Assembly (NCBI GenBank): GCA_031554255.1
Contig: JAVBKC010000020.1
Span: forward strand, 2,120 to 66,119
DNA from: Niveibacterium sp.
Lineage (GTDB): Bacteria > Pseudomonadota > Gammaproteobacteria > Burkholderiales > Rhodocyclaceae
DNA length: 64,000 bases
Direction of reading: 5' to 3'
In this document: piece by piece, positions 46,514 to 55,887 of the stretch
Layout: each line of letters starts with the position of its first letter
How positions within the stretch are numbered: the first letter of the stretch is position 1
Made by a program: the position numbers and the translations under genes
The notes under the pieces: model-generated
Database searches by the model: none
The model's input: only the letters and a program-made list of their open reading frames with translations
What the model was told of the DNA's origin: nothing

Positions 46514-47197
46514 ATGCGCATCCTGCTTGCCGAAGATGACGAGATCATTGCGGACGCCCTCGTACGCGCGCTCAAGCGTGGCGGTTTCGCGGTCGATCAT
46601 GTTGCAACCGGAACCGATGCCGACGCAGCGCTGGCAAGCCAGGGTTTCGATCTCGTGTTGCTCGATCTGGGCCTGCCCAAGCTCAATGGCATCGATGTGC
46701 TCAAGCGCCTGCGCGCACGCAAATCGACCACGCCGGTGCTGATCCTGACCGCACAGGATGCAATCGAGGATCGCGTACGCGGCCTCGACGCGGGGGCCGA
46801 CGATTACCTGACCAAGCCCTTCGCGCTGCCCGAACTCGAAGCCCGCGTCCGCGCGCTGACGCGGCGCGGCACCGGCCAGGGACGCTGCATCGCAATTGGC
46901 AATCTGACTTACGACCAAGCCGACCGCGTGGTGACGATGGGCGGGCAGATCGTCGAACTGTCTGCGCGCGAGATCGGCGTGCTCGAAACGCTTTTGCTGC
47001 GCGCCGGCCGGCTCGTCAGCAAGGAGCAACTCGTCGATCACCTGTGCGGCTGGGGCGAAGAGGTTTCGCACAACGCAATCGAGGTTTATGTGCATCGGTT
47101 GCGCAAGAAGCTCGAACCTTCGGGCCTGCGCATCGCAACGGTCAGAGGGCTCGGCTACTGCCTGGAAAAACCGGATGCGACTACGGCGCTGGCGTGA
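46514..47197 (+). CDS. OmpR-family response regulator (TctD/QseB-like)
   Basis: Contains MRILLAEDD...DLVLLDLGLPKLNG...LILTAQD...DDYLTKPF plus a winged helix (VYVHRLRKKLE...TVRGLGY). Confidence 0.92.
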   Translation: MRILLAEDDEIIADALVRALKRGGFAVDHVATGTDADAALASQGFDLVLLDLGLPKLNGIDVLKRLRARKSTTPVLILTAQDAIEDRVRGLDAGADDYLTKPFALPELEARVRALTRRGTGQGRCIAIGNLTYDQADRVVTMGGQIVELSAREIGVLETLLLRAGRLVSKEQLVDHLCGWGEEVSHNAIEVYVHRLRKKLEPSGLRIATVRGLGYCLEKPDATTALA

Positions 47198-48644
47198 AGC
47201 GAAAGGCGGCCCCGGCGGCGCGCGTACGCCGTACTCGCTGTTCGGCGAGATCCTCGACTGGATGCTCGCGCCCCTGCTGTTCCTGTGGCCGATCTCGATT
47301 GTCGCGACCCACCATGTCGCGCAGAACATCTCGAACCAGCCGTACGATCGCGCGCTCGCCGAGAATGTCGCCGCGATTGCGCGACTCCTGAGCATAGACG
47401 CAAAAGGCCGCATCGTTGCCGGCGTGCCGGCACAAACGCGTGTGCTCTTGCACGCGGACGAGGACGACGCGGTTTATTTCCAGGTGCTAGGCCCGGCCGG
47501 CGAACTCATTGCGGGCGACACCGAGTTGCCGCGGGGCGGCGGTACATCCCTGCAAAAACCGGGCGATGCAGTGCAGTTTCGCGACGCCGAACTCGGCGGC
47601 GAGGACGTTCGCATCGCCAGCCGCCGGTTTTTGCTCGGCGGCCGGCGCGTGATCGTCCAGGTTGCCGAAACGCGCAACAAGCGCGAGCAGCTGACTTCGC
47701 GCATCGTCACCGGCGTGCTGCTGCCGCAATTCCTTGTGATTCCGGCCACCGTCCTGCTCGTCTGGCTCGGGCTCACGCGCGGCATCGCGCCGCTCAACCG
47801 ACTGCAAGCGCTGATTCGACGCCGCCGGCCGGCGGACCTCTCGCCCATCGATCCGGGCGGGGTGCCGGAGGAAGTGCGGCCCGTGATCGTCGCTTTCAAC
47901 GACATGATGCTGCGGCTCGACGAAAACCTCCAGGCGCAGCGGCGCTTTGTCGCCGACGCGGCGCACCAGATGCGCACGCCGCTCGCCGGGCTGCGCGCAC
48001 AAACCGAACTCGCGCTGACCGAAAGCGATCCGGCCGCGCTGCGCGCCTCGCTCGAAGGCATCCTGACCGGCACGCAGCGCGCTGCGCGCCTGATCAACCA
48101 ATTGCTCGCGCTGGCGCGCGCCGAGGCCAGCTCTTCGGCTTCGCACGGCTTCGAGCCGGTCGAACTCGAAGTGCTGGTGCGCGAGGTCGCCGCCGAGTTC
48201 GTTCCGCGCGCAATCGAAAAAGGCTTGGATCTGGGCGCCGAGACGAGCGGCTGGCCGCTCCTCATCGACGGCAATCCTGTGCTGTTGCGTGAATTACTGC
48301 GCAACCTCGTCGACAACGCCATCAAATACACGCCGCGCGACGGCCGCATCACGGTTTTCAGCGCTTTTGACGCCGAACGTCCGCGCGTGGCCATGATCGG
48401 TATTCAAGACGACGGCCCCGGCATCGCGGAAAGCGAGCGCGAGCGCGTGTTCGAACGTTTCTACCGCGTGCTCGGAAGCGGCGTCGAGGGCAGCGGACTG
48501 GGCCTGCCTATCGTGCGCGAAATCGCCGAATTGCACGGCGGCAAAGCCTATTTAGGCGTATCGCACGAAGCCTTCGGCGCGCACTTCTGCGTCGAATTCC
48601 CGCGCAGCGGCGAACATTCGCTTGACATCACGCCTCCAGGCTGA
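47175..48644 (+). CDS. Sensor histidine kinase (TctE-like)
   Basis: Two TM segments, H-box FVADAAHQMRTPLAG, N-box LLRNLVDNAIKYTP, and G-boxes DDGPGI and GSGLGLPIV. Start at 47175, overlapping the end of the RR gene. Confidence 0.9.
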   Translation: MRLRRWREAKGGPGGARTPYSLFGEILDWMLAPLLFLWPISIVATHHVAQNISNQPYDRALAENVAAIARLLSIDAKGRIVAGVPAQTRVLLHADEDDAVYFQVLGPAGELIAGDTELPRGGGTSLQKPGDAVQFRDAELGGEDVRIASRRFLLGGRRVIVQVAETRNKREQLTSRIVTGVLLPQFLVIPATVLLVWLGLTRGIAPLNRLQALIRRRRPADLSPIDPGGVPEEVRPVIVAFNDMMLRLDENLQAQRRFVADAAHQMRTPLAGLRAQTELALTESDPAALRASLEGILTGTQRAARLINQLLALARAEASSSASHGFEPVELEVLVREVAAEFVPRAIEKGLDLGAETSGWPLLIDGNPVLLRELLRNLVDNAIKYTPRDGRITVFSAFDAERPRVAMIGIQDDGPGIAESERERVFERFYRVLGSGVEGSGLGLPIVREIAELHGGKAYLGVSHEAFGAHFCVEFPRSGEHSLDITPPG

Positions 48645-48854
48645 ACGACTACTGCCAAGTCACTGTTTTATCTCGCTTTTATGTGCACCGCAGTGTAAGC
48701 GGGGCGTAAGCCTCTCTGCCTAGCCTCAAGCGACCGGATGCGTCATTGCGGCGGATTTCGATCGAGACTCGGGTAGCGGCGAGGCTTACGCGGTAAGCCG
48801 GTCTCGCAAGGAAACCGGGTTTCCTTGGCACCCCAAACCACAACGGAGAGACCC

Positions 48855-50531
48855 ATGGCAGAGAGCGGCAGCATGACTGCGGGCACGGCCCCAAATCGCG
48901 GCATGACGAAGGAGGAGCGGCGCGTCATCTTCGCTTCCTCGCTCGGCACCGTATTCGAATGGTATGACTTCTATCTATACGGCTCGCTCGCGGCGATCAT
49001 CGCCAAGCATTTCTTCGCCGGCGTCAACGAGACGACATCGTTCATCTTCGCCCTGCTCGCTTTCGCCGCCGGCTTTGCCGTGCGGCCCTTCGGCGCCATC
49101 GTGTTCGGCCGGCTCGGCGACATGATAGGGCGCAAGCACACCTTCCTGATCACGATTCTGATCATGGGTTTGTCTACCGCCATCGTCGGTATGCTGCCGG
49201 ACTATTCGAGCATCGGCGTCGCTGCGCCGGTGATCCTGATCGCCCTGCGTCTCTTGCAAGGCCTGGCGCTCGGCGGCGAATATGGCGGCGCGGCCACCTA
49301 TGTGGCTGAACACGCTCCCAAGGGTAAACGCGGTCTCTTCACTTCGTGGATTCAAACCACGGCCACGCTCGGCCTCTTCCTCTCCCTGCTCGTGATCCTC
49401 GCCTGCCGCACCGTGCTCGGCAAGGATGCGTTCGAAGACTGGGGCTGGCGCATTCCGTTCCTGATCTCGGTGCTGCTCTTGATCGTATCGGTCTACATCC
49501 GCCTGCAACTCAACGAATCGCCGGTCTTCCTGAAGATGAAGCAAGAGGGCAAGGCGTCCAAGGCGCCGCTGACCGAATCCTTCGCGCGCTGGGACAACCT
49601 GAAGGTCGTCATCATGTCGCTGCTCGGCGGCACGGCCGGCCAGGCGGTGGTCTGGTACACCGGCCAGTTCTATGCGCTGTTCTTCCTCTTGCAAACGCTC
49701 AAGATCGAAGCGCAGACCGCCAACCTGCTGATCGCAGGCTCCCTTTTGCTCGGTACGCCGTTCTTCATCATCTTCGGCAGCCTCTCGGACCGCATCGGGC
49801 GCAAACCTATCGTCATGCTCGGCTGTGTACTGGCGGCACTGACCTATTTCCCGATTTTCAAGGGGCTGACCGAGTTCGGCAATCCGGACGTATTCGCCGC
49901 GCAAGCCGCTAACCCGGTCACCGTGGTGGCCGATCCGGCCCGTTGCGCGTTCCAGTTCGATCCGGTCGGCAAGGCCAAATTCGTCAGTTCCTGCGACATC
50001 GCGAAAAGCCAACTTGCACGCAAGGCGATCCCCTACACCAATGAGGCCGCCGAACCCGGTACGCTGGCCCACATCAAGATCGGTAGCAAAACGCTAGCAA
50101 GCTTCGAGGGCACCAGTCTGCCGAAGGAAGATTTCAGCGCCAACTTGGGGGCCTTCACGATGACGCTCAGTGCGGCCCTGAAAGAAGCCGGCTATCCCGA
50201 GAAGGCCGACCCGGCCAAGACGAATTACCTGGCTGTGCTGGCGCTGCTGACGTTGCTCGTGATCTACGTGACGATGGTCTACGGTCCGATTGCCGCCTGG
50301 CTCGTCGAATTGTTTCCGGCGCGTATCCGCTACACCTCGATGTCGCTGCCATATCACATCGGCAATGGCTGGTTCGGCGGCTTCCTGCCCACGGTGGCCT
50401 TCGCCATGGTGGCCGCCACCGGCGATATCTACTACGGGCTGTGGTACCCGATCGTGATTGCGGTCATGACGGCGGTTCTCGGCACGCTGTTCTTGCCCGA
50501 GACGAAGGACCGCGACATTCATCATTCATAA
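48855..50531 (+). CDS. MFS transporter, metabolite:H+ symporter (MHS) family, with a large hydrophilic insertion
   Basis: Contains VFEWYDFYLYGSLA, GRLGDMIGRKHTF and LQGLALGGEYGGAATYVAEHAP, the MHS signatures. About 120 hydrophilic residues interrupt the C-terminal half. Confidence 0.88.
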   Translation: MAESGSMTAGTAPNRGMTKEERRVIFASSLGTVFEWYDFYLYGSLAAIIAKHFFAGVNETTSFIFALLAFAAGFAVRPFGAIVFGRLGDMIGRKHTFLITILIMGLSTAIVGMLPDYSSIGVAAPVILIALRLLQGLALGGEYGGAATYVAEHAPKGKRGLFTSWIQTTATLGLFLSLLVILACRTVLGKDAFEDWGWRIPFLISVLLLIVSVYIRLQLNESPVFLKMKQEGKASKAPLTESFARWDNLKVVIMSLLGGTAGQAVVWYTGQFYALFFLLQTLKIEAQTANLLIAGSLLLGTPFFIIFGSLSDRIGRKPIVMLGCVLAALTYFPIFKGLTEFGNPDVFAAQAANPVTVVADPARCAFQFDPVGKAKFVSSCDIAKSQLARKAIPYTNEAAEPGTLAHIKIGSKTLASFEGTSLPKEDFSANLGAFTMTLSAALKEAGYPEKADPAKTNYLAVLALLTLLVIYVTMVYGPIAAWLVELFPARIRYTSMSLPYHIGNGWFGGFLPTVAFAMVAATGDIYYGLWYPIVIAVMTAVLGTLFLPETKDRDIHHS

Positions 50532-50540
50532 CCGGACGAC

Positions 50541-50572
50541 ACGATGCCCCGGCGCGAATGCCGGGGCATCGT
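50541..50572 (+). terminator. Strong hairpin after the MHS transporter gene (no clear U-tract)
   Basis: acgatgccccgg-(8 nt)-ccggggcatcgt, a perfect 12-bp stem. Confidence 0.5.
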
Positions 50573-50617
50573 TGCGGACAGCCCGACTTCGCGCGGGCTG
50601 TTTTTTTGGGAGCGCGA

Positions 50618-50797
50618 ATGCAGAACGGGAAAGCGTTCAGGATCGCGGTGCTCGCATCCACGGCAATGCCATCGGCTTACGGTGCAATGGCGATCCAGGG
50701 CAGCGCCGATTCGGCAAGCGCCGGCTGGATGATACTGGCGGGTCTGGCGATAATCGGCCTTGCCTTGTGGCAGACCCTCCGACTACTCGACAAATGA
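50618..50797 (+). CDS. Possible small (59 aa) exported/membrane protein
   Basis: MQNGKAFRIAVLASTAMPSAYG signal-like N-terminus and a C-terminal TM WMILAGLAIIGLALW. No homology recognised. Confidence 0.3.
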   Translation: MQNGKAFRIAVLASTAMPSAYGAMAIQGSADSASAGWMILAGLAIIGLALWQTLRLLDK

Positions 50798-50920
50798 AAT
50801 CCTGGGCGCAACTTTGCCGCGCGGTCTTGCCGCGCCGCGCTGGAGCGCTTAAGGTAAAGACCCCTGTAAGTCCGTGCATCCCACGGATTTGCATAATCGC
50901 CCCCGCAAACCCCGCCGCAC

Positions 50921-51661
50921 ATGAAAATCGCCCTGCTGGCCGACATCCACAGCAATATCGAAGCGCTCGACGCCTGCCTCGACGACGCTTTCGCACGCGA
51001 AGCCGATTGCGTCGTGGCGCTGGGCGACCTTGTCGGCTACGGGCCTGATCCGCAAGCCGTCATCGAACGAATCCTTGGCCTGGGTAACCAGTTGCGCTGC
51101 GCCATCATGGGCAATCACGATGCGGCCGTGGTCTACGGCTATACCGATATGCACGACGAAGCGCTCGCGGCAATCGACTGGACGCGCGCGCGCCTATCCA
51201 AATCGCATCGGGCATTTCTCGAATCCTTACCGCTGGTCATCGCCGATGGCGACACGACCTGGGTACATGGCAGCGCCGAAGCTCCCGCGGCCTTTTCCTA
51301 CGTCACCGATGGCGCACAGGCGCGCGCGAGTCTCAATGCCGCGCGAACGCACTATGTATTCTGCGGTCATGTGCATGACCCGGCGCTTTATTTCACCGGC
51401 GCCGACGGGCGTTTCGCGCCGTTCGCACCGACGCAGGGCGTGACGATCCCGGTTCCGCCGCACCGGCGCTGGCTCGCCATCGTCGGCTCCTGCGGCCAGC
51501 CGCGCGATGGCCTGCCCGGCGCCTGGTACGCGATCTTCGACAATCGCCAGGCGCAACTCACCTGGCACCGCGTGCAGTACGACACCGCTGCGACCGCGCG
51601 CAAGATCCGCGCGGCGGGTCTGCCCGAGCGCTTCGCCAGGCTCGTGGAGGGCGTCTATTGA
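50921..51661 (+). CDS. Calcineurin-like metallophosphoesterase (putative protein phosphatase)
   Basis: Contains MKIALLADIHSN, ALGDLVGYGPDP, MGNHD and FCGHVH. 1-nt stop/start overlap with the downstream kinase gene. Confidence 0.8.
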   Translation: MKIALLADIHSNIEALDACLDDAFAREADCVVALGDLVGYGPDPQAVIERILGLGNQLRCAIMGNHDAAVVYGYTDMHDEALAAIDWTRARLSKSHRAFLESLPLVIADGDTTWVHGSAEAPAAFSYVTDGAQARASLNAARTHYVFCGHVHDPALYFTGADGRFAPFAPTQGVTIPVPPHRRWLAIVGSCGQPRDGLPGAWYAIFDNRQAQLTWHRVQYDTAATARKIRAAGLPERFARLVEGVY

Positions 51662-53058
51662 TGCTGGCTGCCGAGCTTGAGACAGGCGTCGAACTGGATG
51701 GATTTTGCATCGCGTCGCGCCTTTACTCGGGCGGCATGGCGGTCGTTTATCGCGTCGCGCACCAGGACTTCCCACAACCTCTTGTCATGAAGGTGCCGCG
51801 CCTCGGACACGGCGAACCGGCGGCTACGATCGTCGGTTTCGAAGTTGAACAAATGGTTTTGCAAGCGCTGGATGGCGGCCCGGTGCCCAAGCTCTTCGCG
51901 GTCGGCGACCTCGCGCGCAATCCCTATCTCGTAATGGAATTCATCGAGGGGGCGACACTCTTGGCAGCGCTGGAACAGGCGCCGCTACCGCTCGCGGAAG
52001 TCTGCCGGCTAGGCACGGCGAGCGCGCTGGCCGTGCAGGCGCTGCATCAGCGCGACGCGATCCATCTCGACCTTACGCCTTCGAACATCATGCTGCGCCC
52101 CGATGGTCGCGCGGTATTGATAGACCTCGGACTCGCACATCACGCGCATCTACCGGATCTCCTGGCCGAAGAGTTCCGCCGTCCGCTCGGCTCCGCACCC
52201 TATATGTCGCCCGAGCAAGTGCTCGGCATCCGCGACGACGCACGCAGCGACATCTTCGCGCTCGGCGTGATTCTTTATCAGCTCGCCACCGGGCAATTGC
52301 CGTTCGGCTCACCCTCTTCGCCAGCCGGGCTGCGCAAGCGGCTCACGCACCATCCCGTGCCACCACGCGCGCGCATGCCCGATTTGCCGCCTGCATTGCA
52401 GGAAGTGATCTACCGCTGCCTCGAAGTCGCCGCCGACAAACGCTATTCGAGCGCCGGCCAACTCGCCTTCGATCTGCAACATCTCGATAAAGTGGAATTG
52501 GGCCGGCGCGCGCACTGGCGTCATCGGCCCGGGCTCCTGCGCCGCTTGCGCGACGGATTACGCGGCCTCGGCTACGAACCCCGCGCCGCGGCAACGCCCG
52601 CCGCGCGCAGCGATTCGGCGCCCATCATCATGGTGGCCGTCGCGCTTGCGCACACCAACGAACTTCAGCAGCAGGCCATCCGCAAGATCGTCGCGCGGCT
52701 TGCGCAAGCCATGCCTGCCGCGCGCATTGCCTGCGTAAGCGTTGGGCGTCCGGCCCCCGCGTTCGGCACCTCCGACGAGGCCACGAGCGCACCGCGCGCG
52801 CATCTGCAACAACTGCTGCAACTGCGCGCCTGGGCAAGCCCTATCGCCTTGCCGGGCGCACGCACGAGCTTTCATGTGCTCGAAGGCAGCGACCCCGCTG
52901 CCACGCTGCTCGAATACGCGCGCGCGAACGCGGTCGATCACATCGTCATGGGCGCCGCACCAGCGAATCTGATTGGCCGCAATCTGATGCCCGCCGTCGC
53001 TACGCGCGTCGTCGCGGAGGCGCCGTGCAGCGTGACGCTCGTGCGGACGCAGGATTAG
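51658..53058 (+). CDS. Hanks-type Ser/Thr protein kinase fused to a C-terminal universal stress protein (Usp) domain
   Basis: Contains SGGMAVVY, VMKV, HLDLTPSNIML, IDLGLA and GSAPYMSPEQ. C-terminus IIMVAVALAH...VDHIVMGA...VATRVVAEAPCSVTLVR is Usp-like. Confidence 0.85.
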   Translation: MMLAAELETGVELDGFCIASRLYSGGMAVVYRVAHQDFPQPLVMKVPRLGHGEPAATIVGFEVEQMVLQALDGGPVPKLFAVGDLARNPYLVMEFIEGATLLAALEQAPLPLAEVCRLGTASALAVQALHQRDAIHLDLTPSNIMLRPDGRAVLIDLGLAHHAHLPDLLAEEFRRPLGSAPYMSPEQVLGIRDDARSDIFALGVILYQLATGQLPFGSPSSPAGLRKRLTHHPVPPRARMPDLPPALQEVIYRCLEVAADKRYSSAGQLAFDLQHLDKVELGRRAHWRHRPGLLRRLRDGLRGLGYEPRAAATPAARSDSAPIIMVAVALAHTNELQQQAIRKIVARLAQAMPAARIACVSVGRPAPAFGTSDEATSAPRAHLQQLLQLRAWASPIALPGARTSFHVLEGSDPAATLLEYARANAVDHIVMGAAPANLIGRNLMPAVATRVVAEAPCSVTLVRTQD

Positions 53059-53154
53059 TAAGCATTCCGTCAGTCCCCCGTAAGAGCCAAGTCAGTCATC
53101 AGGCCTAGTCTCTATGGATGCCGCGAAGTCGGCACACACCAAGGAGGGGGCAAT

Positions 53155-53475
53155 ATGAACACCAAGTCGATTAACTGGACGGCAATCGATGCCGATCCAC
53201 GATTCCAGCGGTTGCATGCGAAGAAAACGAGCTTCCTGATGGGACTGATGTTTTTCTCGCTTGCCTATTACTTCATGCTGCCGCTCGGCGCTGCGTATTT
53301 CCACGACCTCTTCGCGATCAAGGTTTTCGGGCCGCTGAATCTCGGCCTGCTGTTCGCGCTGTCGGAATTCATCGTCGCCTGGGGCATCGCTTTTTATTAC
53401 TCGAAGAAGGCCAATACCGAGTTCGATGCAATGGCCGACGAACTCGTTCGCGATGCCGAACGGATTGGAGCATAA
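53155..53475 (+). CDS. yjcH: DUF485 (YjcH-family) inner membrane protein
   Basis: 106 aa with two TM segments. Contains DPRFQRLHAKKTSF and lies immediately upstream of actP as in other proteobacteria. Confidence 0.85.
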   Translation: MNTKSINWTAIDADPRFQRLHAKKTSFLMGLMFFSLAYYFMLPLGAAYFHDLFAIKVFGPLNLGLLFALSEFIVAWGIAFYYSKKANTEFDAMADELVRDAERIGA

Positions 53476-53477
53476 AG

Positions 53478-55373
53478 ATGTCACTACAAAAGAAACTCCT
53501 GCCCGGCGCGCTGGCGCTCGCGGCCATCCTGGCGGCTGGGCCCGTGCTCGCCCAGGGCGCAGTCAAACCCGAATGGCGCTGGCTCACGTTCAGCGTATTC
53601 GCAGTGATTATCGCGGTGACGATGTTCGTCACCTACGTGGCTTCCAAACGCGTGCATTCGGCAGCCGACTTCTATACGGCAGGCGGCGGCGTTTCCGGCC
53701 TGCAAAACGGTTGGGCAATCGCGGGCGACTATCTGTCGGCCGCGTCCTTCCTTGGTATCGCGGGCCTGATCAGCCTCTATGGCTATGACGGATTCATGTA
53801 CTCGGTCGGCTGGCTCGTCGCCTACATCACGGTACTGCTGGTGATCGCCGAACCGTGCCGCAACATCGGCAAATACACGCTCTCCGACATTCTGGCCTAC
53901 CGCAACGATCCGAAGAAAACGCGCATCGTCGGTGCGCTCTCGGTCATCACGGTTTCGACCTTCTATCTGACCGCGCAGATGGTCGGCGGCGGCGTACTCG
54001 TGAAAACGCTGATCGGCATCGACTACGAGATCTCTGTCATCGCAGTCGGCATCCTGATGCTCGCCTACGTGCTCTTTGGCGGCATGGTCGCGACGACCTA
54101 TGTGCAGATCATCAAGGCCGTGCTACTCGTGATCGCCTCGCTCGTGCTCGTCGTCCTCGTCTGGGCGCCGTACGGCTTTAGCCTGCCGGCCTTCCTCGAT
54201 GGCGTCGTGGCCGATCCCAAGGTTCAGGCCCAAGTCGCAGCGCTACTCGGCGATCCGGCCAAGAACATGAGCGCCACCGAACTGGGCCAGCGCTTTCTCG
54301 AACCCGGTCTCTACTTCAAGGCGCCTATCGACCAGATTTCGCTCGGCTTGGCGCTCGTTTTCGGCACGGCCGGCCTGCCGCACATCCTGATGCGCTTCTT
54401 CACCGTGCCGACCGCCAAGGAAGCGCGTAAGTCCGTGATCTGGGCAATGGCGATCATCGGGGGCTTCTACGTGCTGACGATCTTCCTCGGCATGGGTAGC
54501 GCAATCAAGGTCGGCCCCACGGCGATCAAGGAAGTCGATGCCGGCGGCAATATGGCCGCTCCGCTGCTTGCGCAATTCCTCGGCGGCGGCGGGGACAGCT
54601 TCTTCGGCAATTTCATGCTGGCCTTCGTGGCGGCCGTAGCTTTCGCGACGATTGTCGCGGTCGTCGCCGGCCTGGTGCTGGCCTCGGCCTCGGCGGTGGC
54701 GCACGATCTTTATGTCGGCGTCGTCAAGGGCGGCCACGCGAGCAATGCCGAACAGGTGCGCGCGGCACGCATCGCAACCGTGGGCGTCGGCGCAATCGCC
54801 ATCGTGATCGGTATCGCAGCCAAGGGGCAGAACGTCGCCCACCTCGTCGCGCTAGCCTTCGCGGTGGCCTCCTCGGCGAACTTCCCCTGCGTGCTTATGA
54901 CGCTGTACTGGAAGCGCTGCAATACGGGCGGTATTGTCGCGGGCATGGTGATCGGTACATTCACCGCAATCACGCTGGTGCTCGTTTCGCCGAACATGAC
55001 CTATCCGAAACAGATCAAGGCCGCGGCGCAAAAAGCGCTCGATGGCGAAGTCGCGAAGCGCGAGGCAATCGCCCAGGTCGTTGCAACCGGCGATACGGCA
55101 AAGGCTGCAAAACAACAGCTTGCGCTCGACAAGGTCATCACCAAGGCGAAGGACGATCTGAAGAAGTTCGAGGGCCAAGAAACCTCGTTCGTCGGTCTCG
55201 AAAAACCCTTGTTCGAACTGAAGAATCCGGGCCTGTTCTCGATTCCGATCGGTTTCCTTGCGGTGATCATCGGCTCGCTGCTCTATCGCGACAAACGCGC
55301 GGAAGACATGTGGGACGAACTCTATGTTCGCCAGAACACTGGCATCCTGGCGGCAAAGGCGGCCGCGCACTGA
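53478..55373 (+). CDS. actP: Cation/acetate symporter (SSS family)
   Basis: 631 aa. Contains DFYTAGGGVSGLQNGWAIAGDYLSAASFLGIAGL, typical of ActP, and is paired with yjcH. Confidence 0.9.
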   Translation: MSLQKKLLPGALALAAILAAGPVLAQGAVKPEWRWLTFSVFAVIIAVTMFVTYVASKRVHSAADFYTAGGGVSGLQNGWAIAGDYLSAASFLGIAGLISLYGYDGFMYSVGWLVAYITVLLVIAEPCRNIGKYTLSDILAYRNDPKKTRIVGALSVITVSTFYLTAQMVGGGVLVKTLIGIDYEISVIAVGILMLAYVLFGGMVATTYVQIIKAVLLVIASLVLVVLVWAPYGFSLPAFLDGVVADPKVQAQVAALLGDPAKNMSATELGQRFLEPGLYFKAPIDQISLGLALVFGTAGLPHILMRFFTVPTAKEARKSVIWAMAIIGGFYVLTIFLGMGSAIKVGPTAIKEVDAGGNMAAPLLAQFLGGGGDSFFGNFMLAFVAAVAFATIVAVVAGLVLASASAVAHDLYVGVVKGGHASNAEQVRAARIATVGVGAIAIVIGIAAKGQNVAHLVALAFAVASSANFPCVLMTLYWKRCNTGGIVAGMVIGTFTAITLVLVSPNMTYPKQIKAAAQKALDGEVAKREAIAQVVATGDTAKAAKQQLALDKVITKAKDDLKKFEGQETSFVGLEKPLFELKNPGLFSIPIGFLAVIIGSLLYRDKRAEDMWDELYVRQNTGILAAKAAAH

Positions 55374-55395
55374 TACACGTTGTCGTGGCTAAAGA

Positions 55396-55425
55396 AACGC
55401 CTCCCCGCACGGGAGGCGTTTTCCT
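55396..55425 (+). terminator. Rho-independent terminator after actP
   Basis: aacgcctccc-cgcac-gggaggcgtt followed by ttcctttc. Confidence 0.75.
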
Positions 55426-55452
55426 TTCCCGTTAGTCTCGCGAAATTAAATT

Positions 55453-55480
55453 TTGACTTGTAGGGAATCGTTGCTATACT
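55453..55480 (+). promoter_or_regulatory. Sigma-70-type promoter for tRNA-Phe
   Basis: TTGACT, a 16-nt spacer, then TATACT, ending about 12 nt before the first tRNA base. Confidence 0.6.
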
Positions 55481-55492
55481 GATGGACTCGTT

Positions 55493-55568
55493 GGCCAGAT
55501 AGCTCAGTTGGTAGAGCAGCGGATTGAAAATCCGCGTGTCGGTGGTTCGATTCCGCCTCTGGCCACCA
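55493..55568 (+). tRNA. tRNA-Phe (anticodon GAA), CCA encoded
   Basis: GGCCAGATAGCTCAGTTGGTAGAGCAGCGGATTGAAAATCCGCGTGTCGGTGGTTCGATTCCGCCTCTGGCCACCA folds as a cloverleaf: 7-bp acceptor stem, GCGGA/TCCGC anticodon stem, loop TTGAAAA, GGTTCGATTCC T-arm. Confidence 0.95.
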
Positions 55569-55574
55569 GAATTC

Positions 55575-55608
55575 GAAGCCGGTTTGCGCATAAGCGCGAA
55601 CCGGCTTC
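55575..55608 (+). terminator. Long hairpin immediately after tRNA-Phe
   Basis: gaagccggtt...aaccggcttc outer stem with a gcgc-ataa-gcgc inner stem. Weak U-tract. Confidence 0.5.
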
Positions 55609-55887
55609 TCCATTTCTGGCATCTGCTCGGTAGCCATTTATGGCAGCAGCGCTTGCTACGCCGCATCAAGGTCTGCAAACGACTCGACAGGAAATCGCCG
55701 ACCGCTGCGATCTTCAATCGTAGTCGGGCTGACGTGTCCGAACGCCTACAGAATGCTCCCACAGCACGACGATTGAGCTTACCCGAACAGACGGCGCGAG
55801 CGCCAACGCGCATCGCGACACCGACACTTCAACCGGGTTTGATGCCTGCGGTACAGGCGAACAATACGCGATGGCCCATGCAGGGAT

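Noticed and set aside
43920-50072. Minus-strand ORFs 43920..45092, 46394..47413, 47474..48394 and 48975..50072
   Set aside because: They are antisense to aceB and the aminotransferase, the response regulator, the histidine kinase and the MHS transporter respectively. None has a recognisable domain.
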